Shown piece by piece: positions 26,401 through 40,619 of a stretch of DNA of 64,000 bases. This DNA is from Strigamia acuminata (taxonomy: Eukaryota), in assembly GCA_949358305.1 (NCBI GenBank), contig OX442314.1, forward strand, positions 17,236,001-17,300,000, written 5' to 3'. Position numbers and translations under genes: made by a program. How positions within the stretch are numbered: the first letter of the stretch is position 1; the number at the start of each line of letters is the position of its first letter. Under the pieces are notes generated by a model. It worked only from the letters and a program-made list of their open reading frames with translations, had not been told where the DNA came from and made no database searches.

Positions 26401-27148
26401 TCCCTTATTGGAATCCCCGTCGAGTTTAACCACGGTGAAGACACGATTGGGGACAAAAGATCACCGAGACAGAATAGCAACCCCCGGCAGGACATAATCA
26501 TGATGAATTCGAGCTAACTCATTGAACTCCCTGAAAACGACTGATGGAGCCCATTATTATTTTACAACCAACACATCACCGGGACATTGAAATGTCAGGT
26601 ACCGGGTAACGATAACGATTCACCAAAAAAAGGACAAGACTCGTTTTGTTTCACTCACTCTGCTTTATTTTCCAGAATTTTTCGCACTATTCGCAAACTG
26701 CAACATCAACTAAACTATACAAGAATTTAAATATATAAAAAAGAAATTTAGAAATGAGTTTTAACTGAAAAATAAACTAAAAGAAAAAAAACAAATTATT
26801 TTTAAAAATTCCCTCAAGGAAAAAGCTTAATTAATGAGCAATAAAACTAATCATTTGTTAAGACATCTCGTAAAACTGACTCGTGACAAGCCCAGCGCCT
26901 ACCCGACCATCACTTCTTTGCGATGCGTGGCCTGCCAGAGGCGGAGGGAACTGCAACCGACCAATGAGCGAGCGAGACAGGGCTCACAACACCCCCGCCC
27001 GCTTGCCTCAGCACGAGGTTTTCTGTGTTCGCAACTCATAGCCATCTGACTCGACTCACTACAAGGAATAACCAACACGGCGTCATTCTGTGACTCCTGT
27101 CCTTACTCGTGTACCCATAACCAAAGATAAAATCAAAGTTCGGTTGAC

Positions 27149-30100
27149 ATGGCCATGTCTACAACACTCAACATGAGACCCATTTTCGCGGGATACCCTT
27201 TTCAAGGTAAACTAAACATTTCTCATATACATCGAAGCCGTTGCTTCGATTGCTTTTTACAATTCAAAACGCACACATTAATCTAACTTTAATTTTCGCT
27301 AAATGGACGAGCAGTTAACTGATTTATTTAATTATGTGGTTTAATTTAGTATATTTAAATATTTAACGCCACTGTTACGCTTAAATTGGAATATAATTCA
27401 TGTTGTTAATATAACATTTTGGTTTAGCCATTTCAAACGTTAATAAACAACACTGCACGATGCAGTAAAAGTTTTCAAGTTTTATTCGAAATATTCATTT
27501 CTTTTGGAAATGATAAATTTAACCTTGTTTATTAATTAATTTGCGAATGATTTTTATTTTTCAAATTTTAGACAACAAAAATAAACGCAAAGCACTTTCC
27601 CCCAACTCTTCTTGATGTCATTTGCTTGTCTTTTTCGCTGATATTATATCTGGAAAAGCACGCAATTGTTTGGGTGCGGCCTGCTCTCAATTTAATTTAA
27701 TGAAAATTTATTAAATTGGAAAATTTCTAAACAAACGGTTTTTTTTTGTCATTCCAACTTCTATTAGTTCTTGTTTTCCCCTCTGAAAACTATTTGTTTG
27801 TTATCACTCATCAGATCGTTTGCAATTGCTCGCATCCTGTGAAAACATGAGGACAGTCATTCCCGCACGCGCTAACTTTCTGCACCTCCAAAGCCTTATC
27901 ACTTGCAAATCCGTTTTAAGTTTTAAAATGTTCTTTTAAGACTTCCAAAGTGGCCCATTTAAGCTCGTATCCCCTTTTCATACCAGCAAAGAGGGAGAAC
28001 GTTATGTTGCGGGGGAGTCAGTGATCAGAGGCGGTGAGTTAGAAGATGAAGGCGGGAAGGGTGGTAGAAAGAGAACCCGGGGTTTCGTTCTTCAAATTAC
28101 ACCAAGTCATTTATAGACAATATGGGTCTTAGATGCTTCCGAGCACTTTGGGGACCAGCCAAGCAGCACGCGCCCCTAAAACACACCCGTCTTTGCAATC
28201 GGAGTCCTTTTTTTGGGTTCGGTCGAGAGGGTGCAACCAAAGGCGAGTGTAGCGGACTCTGTGAGCTACACTGGCGGTGTTTGGTATCATGCGCGTATGA
28301 AATAATTTCGCAGAAAAATTGTAATGGAACCGAGGCCACCCATGATCAAAATGCGAGGGGAAATTTTTTAAGACGCGTGCTGGGGGTGTGATTATGAGGG
28401 ACAGTACCTGACAGAAAAAGGCAGCGAGTTTGGCGAATAATTGTCAGGTATCCATCAGATGAGCCCCCACAGGGTGAAACGGACTCAACTGTCAGAGATA
28501 CCGAGGCATCTTAATGTGTGGAAATCACAGGCCTATAATGGTTGAGTGTGCGCGATTAATATTCAACGCAGATCCGGTGATGGAGGGAAGCCGCTGGCCA
28601 CTTTAATGAACACTTTATTATGTTTTTGGTGAAGAAAAAAGGCGCGCAGATGTTGCCCGTGTTAACACCTGAAAGAAAAGAAAAATAAAAGAGGGGAGTG
28701 AAATGCCATTAAATAAAGAAGAAACAAATTTACGCGAGTGTAAAACGATCAGACGAGTAATTGCACCAATCATAAGGTGATGACAGGGATAAATAAACAA
28801 AAGTTAGATAATTTAAATTGCCATTCGGCCAGTTCTCTCATGTCAAAAGACTAATTCCAACTTTGATTGAACAAAAGAAAAAAATGCAATGTCGGGTTTC
28901 ACAGATACCATAATTATCCAATGTTAGCCGGTACCGATATTGTCTTCCTAAATATCGGCCGATACCAATGCCGACATTTTAAAAAAAAATCATTTTTTTA
29001 AAAAAATAGAACAAGTATATAAACAATAGGTGCATTTATAAAGTGATGGTTAACTTGTAGTTAAGCATCTTTTGTTGTTTAAATGCGACTGAAAACAGAC
29101 TAAATCATCCGCCATTTTGGAAGCTAGATCGAGACAAGCGGTTTAAAAATCAGTTTAAATATGTTGTTTAAAATGCTGTTTAGTCTAAATTACTTTACGA
29201 ATGTGCCTAGTTTTCCGTAGCACTAATGATAAGTTTAAAAATGATTTTTCACGTTTTGTGATTATACCTGTGTTGTTTTTGACACCATTCTTCGGAATGT
29301 TGCAGCGTCTGCTTGGGAGGGCTTATGGCTACAACAACTGAGGTTGAAAGGTTGAAATGAGTTTCAGCGTTTAATTGAATGATGGGTCTTTTCTTCCATC
29401 TTGCTGCTAGTGACAATCGGCCAAAGATCTAAAGTGACCCCCCCGGCTCGTGATTATAGGGTATCAATGTCTGAGTGGAGCAGCTCACTCTAAGGCGTCC
29501 TCTCCCGATTCCCAATATCTTCCACACGAAAGGGTTAACAAATCTCCAGCTGAGTTTTTGTCAAGATATTTTATTTATGTTTCTAAAGTGTCAGTGATTT
29601 ATCGAAACAAGAAGCTTTACACTTGTCATGGAAACCGATTACAGGAAACAACAAAGTAATCTAATACTGCACAAAAAGTAAAAAAAAAAAAGAAAAAAAG
29701 TACAATCATTCAGGTGAAGGAAAAAAAAATGTTAAAAATTATCTTCTTCCACGTGTTAAGATAGATTGAAATCTGAGAAAGCACTTAACATTGGCCCGGC
29801 GGTATACCTTTTACAAAGTGGAGCACAAACAACTCGACTCAACATTTATGTCATTGACAAGTTCCTCTTTTTTGAGCCTTCTGTTCTCCATCTGTGAAGG
29901 AGATAAAAAAACAAGAGAGAAAAGAAAGAAGGCCCCTTTTCAACAGTTGCATCTTGCACCCAAACTCAGTCACGCGCACTTTTTCTCACCCTAAATGCGC
30001 CATTTTCAGCGTTCTTATCACGCAGAAGTGTCTTCATTTTCGAAGCAAAACAACTGCATTTGTTGTACATGATGAAAAGCCGTTGAAAAATGTGCTCGAG

Positions 30101-31491
30101 CAAACATCTACATCCATATAACATGAACCATCAGGCAACAATTTGTCTCTTTTATTTAAAAAAAAGAATACCGTACATAAAATAAACATACCATTGTTAA
30201 TTGTTTATAAAAATCCTCACCTGGGGTGTTGATAATGTTCGATGGAAAATTGATCGATGAAGTGGCGCCTAGACACGAATCTTTTAGCGTTTCTTGTATT
30301 CATCCTTCCTGCATGCCAGACTTGGCATCCGCGCGAGCCCATCATTACGGCATTAGTGCTTAATTAATTACACTTGTCACACAGAAGACCGCCATGTTGG
30401 CAGCATAATTAGCCAGCAGGGGAGCGTTTCCTTCCATCTTTTGAGTCGAACGCCGCGCATTTAGCATACCACACATCGCCAGACTCACACGGTCATTCAC
30501 TTGAGCTCCATATTGCTCTTTCAGAGCAAAATGGACATTTCTTGGAAGACCTGTGTTCAGCAAATTTATAATTAGGCCTAACACCATGATACAGGCAGGA
30601 AGGGTTCTATTCTACAATTGAAATAATCCATTAGCAAATGAAATGACGTCATTACGTTCGATTCCCCATGAGGGGCTTTGGGATGGTATTCGGTAATGTT
30701 TGTTCACGTGTCTGGCCTCAGGTGATAAAATTATAATTATCTATTTTTAAAAAAGGTTTATTGATTTTTTTTATTTTATTTTTTGGAACAATGTTGTTAT
30801 TTTTGTAATTAACGAGTGCATTTTTGGTTTATTTCCAGGCCAGGGTCGTGTGAATCAGTTGGGTGGAGTATTCATCAATGGACGACCGTTGCCCAACCAC
30901 ATTCGACTCAAGATAGTCGAAATGGCGGCAGCAGGAATCCGGCCGTGCGTCATCAGCCGTCAACTGCGCGTCTCTCACGGTTGCGTCTCGAAAATTCTCA
31001 ACAGATATCAGGTGAGACTGGCATCTAATTCGTTTCTTAATACTCGCTAATTTAATTGAGCGGAAAAGTGATGAACAAGCAATTTGCATTTTGACGAATA
31101 AAGATAAAAACCAGCTTGACAGGCTGCTCAAATCAATCGGCTTCTTTTAACTTTAAGTTTTATCTGAGAAAAAAAAATGAAATACTTTCATTAATAAATT
31201 AAATAAATAAACCCTTCAGGTTTTTTGAATTTTCTTGACGTAATTTAGTGTGACAATAATCCAATATACAAGAAACGAAGGGGAGTGGGGAAATTGGGTG
31301 ACTTAATTTATGTTGAATTGTTTTATTCTGTTGCTAGGAAACGGGTAGCATCCGACCAGGTGTAATCGGGGGCAGCAAACCTCGAGTTGCTACACCTGAA
31401 GTGGAGAAAAAAATCGAAGAATATAAGAAGGAGAATCCGGGTATTTTTAGTTGGGAAATTCGTGACAGATTAATCAAAGTAAGTATAAATA

Positions 31492-31532
<41 letters not shown>

Positions 31533-34500
31533 GTATAAAAATTAAATATAATTTAATTGATTAGCAATGATATAAAAATGTGCAAATTATTCGTTAAGCA
31601 GGAGGGCATTTGTGACAGAAGTACTGCACCGTCGGTGAGTTCCATCAGCAGAGTACTCAGGGGACGTTCAAAGGGCGAAATGGATGAGGATTTGCTCCTC
31701 GAGCGCAAGGATATGGAAAAAGGGGGCACTAAGCACACCATCGATGGAATTCTGGGTAAGTTAAAAGTTTTGGATTTATCGTTTTTGAGGCAGTTAAATG
31801 ATTTTTAAATTGTATATGATTGAAATATCTGCGGACAAGGTGGTCAAATGCGAAATTTCATACTCTTTTGACACCGCGGTCCACGAGCACAACCCACCTC
31901 GAATGTAATGAGTTATTTGCCTACGGCTTCCTCACGATTAGAGGGCGGTAAGAAAAGATGTGATCCGCCCACGCATCCATCACCTGGGCGCAGGCAGATG
32001 AATGAAAACGCAACGCCGCCTCGTGCAAAAGTGAATGAAATTTCGAGTCATTGCTCGCAAATCAAATTATCATTAGATTAAAACAACTTGAAATATACAT
32101 TGCTTAATGTTTATGCAGTCAACTAATTATTAGTCAGCTTAGAAGGAGAAATATCTTCCCCAGTTTATGAATTTGTGGCCGCCTTTAGTGGCTAATAAGT
32201 GGAAAGGCGCCATTAATGGAGCGGATACAGTCGGGTCACGCGTCCAATATTACCCGCTAACCCCTCGCGTTTCCTTTTCCATTATTAGTGGTTGACAGCT
32301 TTTCTTTTTATCTCATCTCCTCGTCCCCGGTCTTTTCCCCAACGCTATTCTTAAGTGATTTAAATGTGACGTCTGCAAGGTGATTTTACTTATGTTTTTT
32401 AAGGGTTCAGTTTTGTTCGTCGGTTGTTGTGGGGGTGGCTCGCGCGTCTCTAATGGGCTGGAACGACCCCCCTTTAAGTTGGGCGAGAAAGACCCTTGTT
32501 GGCAGGTGGTGTCACCTGCTTTGGCCCATTGACCACCGACCAAGAATCACCTTACAGAGGAAATGGGGAAATTTGACTTCTCGCTTTGGTGTTAAAGCAT
32601 ATCGAGTTGTTTGGTTTTTCAAGCTTAAAGTGATGTGAAATTGGTGTTTGGGGAGAAAATAAGGGGAATAAAATTGATTAGTCAGTCACAGTTGTATCTT
32701 TGTGTAGTTAAATAGCCGAAACCAAACGAATATTTGATTAGGAAACGTGTAAACTTGAATTGGATCGTGAGCATCTTCGTGTTTATGAATTGAAAATATT
32801 GAAAACACTAAACAGTTTTTGTAATTGTTCGAGTGAATAATTCGTGGATGAAATAGTTGAATGGTTTCTATCATCCAACATGACATGTCGTTCCTTTGTC
32901 TTCTTTAATGTTCCGAGACGGTGACTTTTGTATACATGTGATGTAATAAGATGTGAAAGCCCCGGGGTGGGCTCTCGAGGAATTCGCCTCATTTTAACGG
33001 ACAATTGCGTTCGAAAGTACTTTGGGAGCACACAGTCCACTGATGCCCTCGGCGGGAGGTCCGTGTTTGGCGAGGTCGACTCCTTTTGATGCCAACTCTG
33101 CGTATATGACTTCCATTGTGCACGCACCCTGTCGAATGAAGAGGCATCTTCTCGCACCCCTCTGCGCATGCTCCTGGATCACAATGAACCGTTGGGGGCC
33201 ACGTTTCGGTTTGGCTCCATCCCTGGGGGAAATGTCAGCCCATTATCACCTTGTGCTGAGGAGCCCACCTCCAACCCGCTGTGGGTTGCTTTCACACCTG
33301 CGCTTCACCTGATGAGCAGTGTCTGTCAAACGAAGCTATTACTGCACTCCTCCTGCAACCCCAGTGGGAGGAAGGACCCGCAACATATGTGGTCATTTCG
33401 TTTCTAAGTAAAACTCAAGTGCTGCATTATTTTCCTCGCTTTTCTCGTCGAATGGAAAATTATAAAATCTATTTTTCTTATTTTTTTTTCCATTTTTTTG
33501 AAGGATTGGACTTTATACATTTTTCGTCTTAAAAACCGAAGCCGGGTTAGCTTGCTTTTCCTTATTTATCGTTTTAACGAGAAATGTTGCAATATTATTT
33601 TAAAAATTGTTTGATTAATTTTTTTTCGTTTGTGGTTTTTGAATTATTTATTGAATCTGGTTTGAATTCTCTTTTTTCGTTTTTTGAGAGTCAATTGTCA
33701 ATAAATCTCAGCTGGCCAGGTGATAGGGGGAGGATAAGAAAAAGGGAGAGCGAGGGGGACTGTTCTCACGTGTATCCCTACAGGCGTTGCGTGTAGCCGA
33801 GTGATTAAGGTCACAGGCCAAACCCTAATGATGCATGGAGCTAGGAATTAAGACAAGGAGCCCTCGAACGCCACCCTGTAATCACAGTCCATAAACATGG
33901 CGGCCTTACAGCTCAATCGCAGTCCAACTCCCTCGACTCGGCCCAATACTATCGAGAAAGGTGTCAGGAATATTTCGAGAGCAATATGTCTCCACGAACA
34001 GGTGTGTGACTGACGGACTCTTTAAGTTTTTATCTATCCCCCGATGTTTAACTTTAATCAGGTTGAATTAGTGGATGTTTCAAAACTGACAAGGAAATTA
34101 CGTGGTATGGTAGCTGTGAATTGTGTTCTTAGCTTTTTATTATCATTAACTTTTTTTGGTTTTGGTCTGCTGGTCCGCAATCAAACATTAAAAAGATGGA
34201 TAAAATGGAGGCTGAGTAATTATGGTGAGAAGTCGGAAGCATGTGCAGCGGTGCGTTCGAATCGGAGAAAGTCTTGCATCTCCAATGAAGCGGAACCGGG
34301 CAATTACACGGCTCGAATGAACGGGGCCTCGTTTCACGGCTCCCGCCAAGGGGCCGAGGACTTGACCACCCTGACACGCCTATAAAAACTTGCACTTTTG
34401 GTTGTTTGGGCTCTGATTGATTTGTAGCGAAATGCTACAGGGATTTGAATTGAAAGAGACCTCAAATAACAAATTAAATGTTTCGTTTATTTATTGAAAT

Positions 34501-37500
34501 AATTTAAATCATATATTAAAAGCTTGCAAGTGTTATTTCTCGTTTCAAATAAGCGCTTAAATGAAATTCTAAAGGAAGAGGTTAGTTGTTATGAGCTTTT
34601 TGTTAGTGCGATGTAATGATGAGTGTTGCCGTGGCTAGATCCGTGTCGCTTTTTAATCAAAACGCACTCAGGGGTCCACGCCGTCCGAGATGCCGGTTTT
34701 AATTTACACCTGTGCAGGAGTTTGCGAAAATACGTGGGTAATTTGCCAACGAGTAGCCAAGCCTTTTCAATTTTTCTTTATAATATTGTAGATTTAATTT
34801 TAAGTAGAAATTTAAAAATGAGTCGAGGGGAGTTTGAAAGGAGAAAGGAAAAAAAAAAGATGTTTGTCTGATTTGAAAATGAAAGCATGAAGTTGCCTGA
34901 AGGAGGCAGTAAATGAGTAAAAATTATCCACATGTCGCTTATTTATACGGTTGTTATGAGGCGCACGCGACGCCGCCTTATCAGATGATGGATCAGATGC
35001 TGAGGTAGACACGGGGTTATCGCAACTCGAGTCTCGAATTCATCTTCGTTTTCACGAGATTAGTGACTCAAGATGAATGTCCTATCGCAACATGGTCGCG
35101 GAGGATTTTCTATAGATGTGTACAAATTGTTTAATCGTTTTAAAATTGAAATGTGGTAATTAATTGATTCGGATTCTTGAAAAATGACCATTGACACCAC
35201 ACATATATACACACCGTTGATATAGTTTAGGTCATTGTGCAATTCTTTTAAAACACTCCGAGACCCGACTGTTCCGTGCAGTTTTTGATAAATGTTTTTC
35301 ATCATCGATCTAAACAATCACCTTCTCAATAAGCGAACGTATCTGGTACACACCTGGCGTACCAAATTGCAAAAACTGAAGAATAAAAAATACTCCGCAC
35401 TATAGTTCGGCGTTTCTCAAAATGGTGGTCTCCGGACTGGTACCGGTACGGGTCCGCGAGCAAGAGACTGCCGGTCCGCCATACTGTTGAAACGCAAAGA
35501 TTATTAGTAGAGTAACGTTAGGTTATCCATTCCGTAACACATTAGGACTAAAAAATAGCATATTCTGAGAAGCGCTGTAGACAAACAATGGTTTAAAAAC
35601 TTGCGATGCTTGTCTGCGCTATGTGCGGTTTTTAGTGACTCATTATTTAACCGGAAAGCAAATGCTTTTTCGGTTATTTTATACTACAGTGAAACATTTT
35701 AGTTGCATACATATGTGAGGACAATTTGTAAGTTTATTCAATTATTATTCTTGAGTTTTTATTTACTTGAGGCGCCAATTGGGCGAAATTCTTCGGAAAG
35801 AAAAAAATAACTATAGCACATTTGTTTGTGTATTACAATCGTTTGAAAAGCAAATCAGTTTGTTCGTTTCATTGCGATCATTTTGGTTTGCATTGGTTGC
35901 TTGGCAGCCTAGTGTATCTACCGTGGGAACAGCGGGGGATGAGGAAGGGGCGAGGCGGCACGGCCTGAGGGAAATGCGGTGAAGTTCAAAGCGCGTCCTT
36001 CGCAGGCGCACGCGGCGCTCTTGCCAGGGGCCCCATGTCAGATTCACGCCTTCGTAAGCGGCCGTGGGAGGACCCGGGAACCCACCTGCAAATACCGGCG
36101 CCTTCATTTCGTACCGATACACAGGTGCGAAGAAATGCACGAGCACATCGTCGTTCCATAAGAACTTGATCCGATCAAGTGTCAAAGACGAAGAAAAAAA
36201 AGTTATAAAAACATAAGTTTCTTTTATCTTTTCTTTATGAATCTTTTTTGCGATGAAAAAGGGGATTTGAGTCGATGATTTCTCAAGATGGAGAATGTGC
36301 GTTGTCATGACCCTTTTGCCGCCTCTTGTCGTTGCGAGGGGTCCCAGGGGTCCCACCGCAGGTAGTTTTTGTTTGGTGGAGGGAAAGTGGATTGGAGTTA
36401 ACGGAGCCGCCAAGCGTATTAATTTTCATTTGCACCGACCTACCGACCCTGGCCAATTTATTAGGATCGAGTCGTGGGGATGTAGCGGGTGGGGCAAAAT
36501 GCGGGCTCGGTGGCCGAGGACGCGATCTTGGCCCCCGGCCTCCACCACCACCCAGGGTGACGGGAGAGATTTGTAGGCCTACTTGCTCGCTAATAGCTAT
36601 CAGGTGTTTCGCGGAGGGATATAAAAGAAGAGAAAAAAATTGGACAAACTCGTTGTTTTCATTTTTGAACGCATTTTTTTTATTTAGGGTGTTTGACCGT
36701 GTTTGTTTGTGGGGCCAGATGTTGCAGATTGGTGGGTGTTGAGGTTACATTTGCTGGATTTGCAGCTTCAAACGGGAGTTTTATGAACGGATGCCTTGTT
36801 GCTACTACTTTAAGGAGAATGAAGGCAGCAAATTGCCGTATCGGTGATAATTTATTCATAGACGTCGTCATAGTTTGAAAAGAAATGAGAAAGTTAAAAA
36901 CATCGGAGTATGTAATTTAGTGGCATTTTAGACCTAGAAATAGTATATTATTAAAAAAAAATCGAAGGTCTTAATTGCATGATGAAAATAGTCTGGAAAA
37001 TACTAAGGTTTTGTTTTCTATTATTAATTTTAAAAGTTTTTCTTTTACTTGAAGGTTTATGGTTCTTTTTTGGTTTTTTTTTTGTGGGGATTAAATTTAA
37101 AATTGCCGTAATTTAAAAAATAAATAATAAAAAAAATTTAAAAAAACGTTAATAGTGACACAGATGACTTAAGTGAGTTGGAAAACGCCAGGGGAAAGTG
37201 GAATTAAATTATTAAATTATTGAATGACCCTGTCGCGTGTCCAAGTGCCTTTGGCTGATGAAGATGGACAATTGCGCATGCTCAATTTGTCTCATTTATG
37301 AAGCAGAAACAACGCGGCGTCTAGGCCAATTAGGTAGGAATGTGGAGCAATGTATAATTAAGTCGGTGATGAAGGTGACAGTAAATGGCTGAAATTTTAA
37401 TTCGACATTAAAAAGTAGAAACATTTCATTTCCGATGTTTTTCTCCGAGTTTTTCGAGCTCGAAAAGCCCACAGTTGTTTGAAGTTTTACCATATCTTTT

Positions 37501-40500
37501 GTAGTGCCCGCTGCTTTTATAAATGGCTCTATAATTATCCGGATGCCACACTGGCTGAGTCACGTTCACACAAACCCGCGTCTATTGAGCATTCGTTTAA
37601 TTTTTGTTTCCCTCTTTCTTTGATCCTTTTGTGTTTTTGTCATCCGTGAGAATGCGCAAAGTCACTGCTCACCCTTTTTATTACACCTGGAGATTTTTTC
37701 TTTCTTTCTTTCTTTCGTTCTTCGTCTCAATTTTTCAATTTTTTAATTTTCAAATTGCAGGTAGAGAATCTGACAACTCGGATTGCGAATCCGAACCCGG
37801 TATCGCACTCAAACGAAAGCAGCGCCGCAGTCGGACAACGTTTACCGCGACTCAACTGGACGAATTGGAAAAAGCATTCGAACGTACGCAGTACCCGGAT
37901 ATATACACCAGAGAAGAGTTAGCCCAAAGGACTAAACTAACAGAAGCTCGCGTACAGGTTCGATTTTGACAGCAACAAAAGCAAAAAAGAAAAAGTCTAC
38001 AACTATCGGGTTATTTTTTCCCCTTTAATTAATCAGGTGTGGTTCAGTAATCGCCGTGCACGTTGGAGGAAACAAATGGGTAGCAGCCAAATGAACAACT
38101 TCAATCCTTTAGGCCTATCAATGGCATACCCTACAACTACACCTTATCTACTTCCTGAACCCACTTATGCAGCGACACCTCAAGGTAAATCCATTGTTAA
38201 ACATAGCAATTAAGCACGTCTTTAGTATTGGGAATTGGCTCATTGTAGTGCTAGTGCCCACCCTTTAAATCAAAGTGTCCTTACGGGTGGGTCCTTTTCA
38301 CCTTGAGACCGGCCGTCGGCAACATTCTCGTAACTCAGCACGGGCGACAGGTCGAGAAATGCGCGTAATGAATTTACAAGGGTGTGAGGGAGGGGAGAAA
38401 CGGAGTTAAAGGACACCGCTTACACAGGTGATAAAAAGGAGGATGATTTATAAAAATCTATTTAATTATTTAAATGTGTAAAACGTCAGTTAGCGTTTGA
38501 TTTCAATTAATATGTGCGCAGCATTATTCCATGCTGAGGCATACACGGCGCTGACTAAAGGGTCGCCATCTATCATCACGGGGCCACCCTGACTCTTGTT
38601 GCGACCACCATCACCGTGTTAGGCAGTAACCGACACCCCGCCCGCCTTGTCCGCGGCTTGTAAGGGCACTACCCCTCTTCTTATCCCCTACCTTCTTTGT
38701 GGGCGGCCTAGAAACCCCGCCCTTGCCTTACAATTTATTCTTTTTGCACTTTATTATTCATAAGTTGATCCCTGTATGTGCATGCGCGTCCACGCTTCAT
38801 CGCTCCATTCATCTAGACTAAAATGTCGCTAATAAAAAGGTGTATCAATAAAAGGTTTGTTTGATTTTTATTTAAGATGCGGTCAGTTTGCATCAAGGTT
38901 CTAGCGCCAATGTTCCCTTACATCATCAGAATATGAGCGGGACTGATACCAGGACTAATTTAGCGTATGCTAATATTGGAGATACGTATGTGAGCAACTC
39001 TGCACTGCAGTCTCAGGTATTTATGTTGTCCTTTATTCTTCCTTCTCTCTTTTTTTTTTTAGCTGGCTCATCCTTTAGTAAGCGAATAATAGAATTATAA
39101 ATAACCTAAGGCGATATGTTGGGGGATAAAAGATTGTGTTCATTGACCCTTCCATCTGTATGAGGAAAATGGATTATGCGGCTGTTGTTCCTCATAAAGC
39201 AGACTGTTTGTCTATGCAGTCAGTTGGGAAAGGAATTTTTTTTAAAGCAAATTCGTATTTTGGAGAATTTATTAAGTTTAAATCTGGTGTTTAGCTCTTG
39301 TTATTACTTTTTAATTTGTATTCCACAAGCATTAGGGAAGAATTAAGGTTTTTTTAATACCGTTTAGCTCAATGAAGACTAAATGATTGCTTTTTAAATT
39401 ACTATATATTCTGGGTTTCTGGCACTTGAATTGTACCAAATAACTCTGAAAAGCAGTTTTCTTTGTAATTACATCATTTATTGCAGAATTGAATATGAAC
39501 TGAAAAGCCTACAACTGGTTTACTGCTAAAACATCAAAAAAAATTCTTTATTTTGGACTAGGGGAACTAATGCTGAACTTGTCATGTTTGAGTTTTACGC
39601 CTTCCTTACCCAAACAGATAACAGATTTTTAGTTGTTTTTTTTATAAATAAATAAAAAAAAACATGGGAAAAAACTGACGCCTTTATCTCCTAAAACGTT
39701 TATGAACTTCCAGGTGGAAGTTTGACGAGGAAATTAATAGATTGAGGCATAGAAGAGGAGATTTGTTAAGGGAAAAAAAATTCTAATAAAAACTTTGTGT
39801 ATTAAAATAGCAGTTTTAAAAATTAAGTATACACCAGCAGAAGTACTTCTGACACCAGCAAGTATCGGGTAAAATTGTTGAAATTCTTCTATGATGTTAC
39901 ACGTAGATATACGCTCGGTTTGCGTGTCGTGTCGCCCAGTTGTGAAGAATATGGGCGCAAATTACAGGGCGGCGAAGGTGGGCGCACGAGGGTCTCGCGC
40001 GGAATATACCGAGTTCGGCTGGCCCAGCGGCAACACAACATCTTTGGGGTTGGTCTTCTTCACACGGAGATTCAATTTCTGTCTTCATTTAATGTGTGCC
40101 GTCCGGGGAAGGCATTTAAGACAATTGTGTGGGACAATTTTTACAATTGACGGGGGTAAAAACATCACGCAAAATAAATCTTTTGTTATTTTTATTAAAT
40201 TTATTTATTTGTTTGTGATTTTTTTTTAATTTGTCGTACGTGTATTTATTTTTCAGATGCTAAATATGCTCAATTCTAGTGCTCCAACTTCTGTAGGGAA
40301 TACTACTGCTTCTACTGATTATCATCACCACCATCAGCTCAACGGAGCATCAGGATCTGATGTTGATACCTGGACTAATGCATCGGCTGCGGCATTACAT
40401 CCACGGGTTTCGGTAGCGCGTGAAGCTTCGGTCAACACTTGGGGCCACGCAACTCTTCCTGCCGGGACTCCCGATGCGTTCGGCAGTATGTTGGGTCCAC

Positions 40501-40619
40501 CAGTTGCAAGCGACCCGTTCTCGACTGCTCCTTTTAATTCAATGGGCACTTATTCGCATAACAGCATGGAGATTAAACCATCTTTCTACTATACGGGGCA
40601 ATTCGCCGCAGGTAAGTAA
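27149..40619 (+). CDS. Pax3/7: Pax3/7 group (gooseberry/pairberry-like) paired-domain, octapeptide and homeodomain protein
   Basis: Exons 27149-27206, 30839-31011, 31338-31478, 31602-31755, 37761-37957, 38037-38184, 38877-39016, 40257-40619. [33 protein letters not shown], octapeptide HTIDGILG, homeodomain [18 protein letters not shown] with S50. The C-terminal exons are less certain. Confidence 0.94.
35408..35577. mobile_element. Possible degenerate hAT-like MITE remnant
   Basis: Ends CGGCGTTTCTCAA and CTGAGAAGCGCTG (10/13 inverted match) with internal GGTCCGCG motifs. No 8-bp target duplication is visible. Confidence 0.3.

Noticed and set aside
35811..36413. 200-aa minus-strand ORF in the Pax3/7 intron
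   Set aside because: No recognisable domain, crosses low-complexity A/T tracts, and overlaps similar ORFs on the other strand; consistent with chance.
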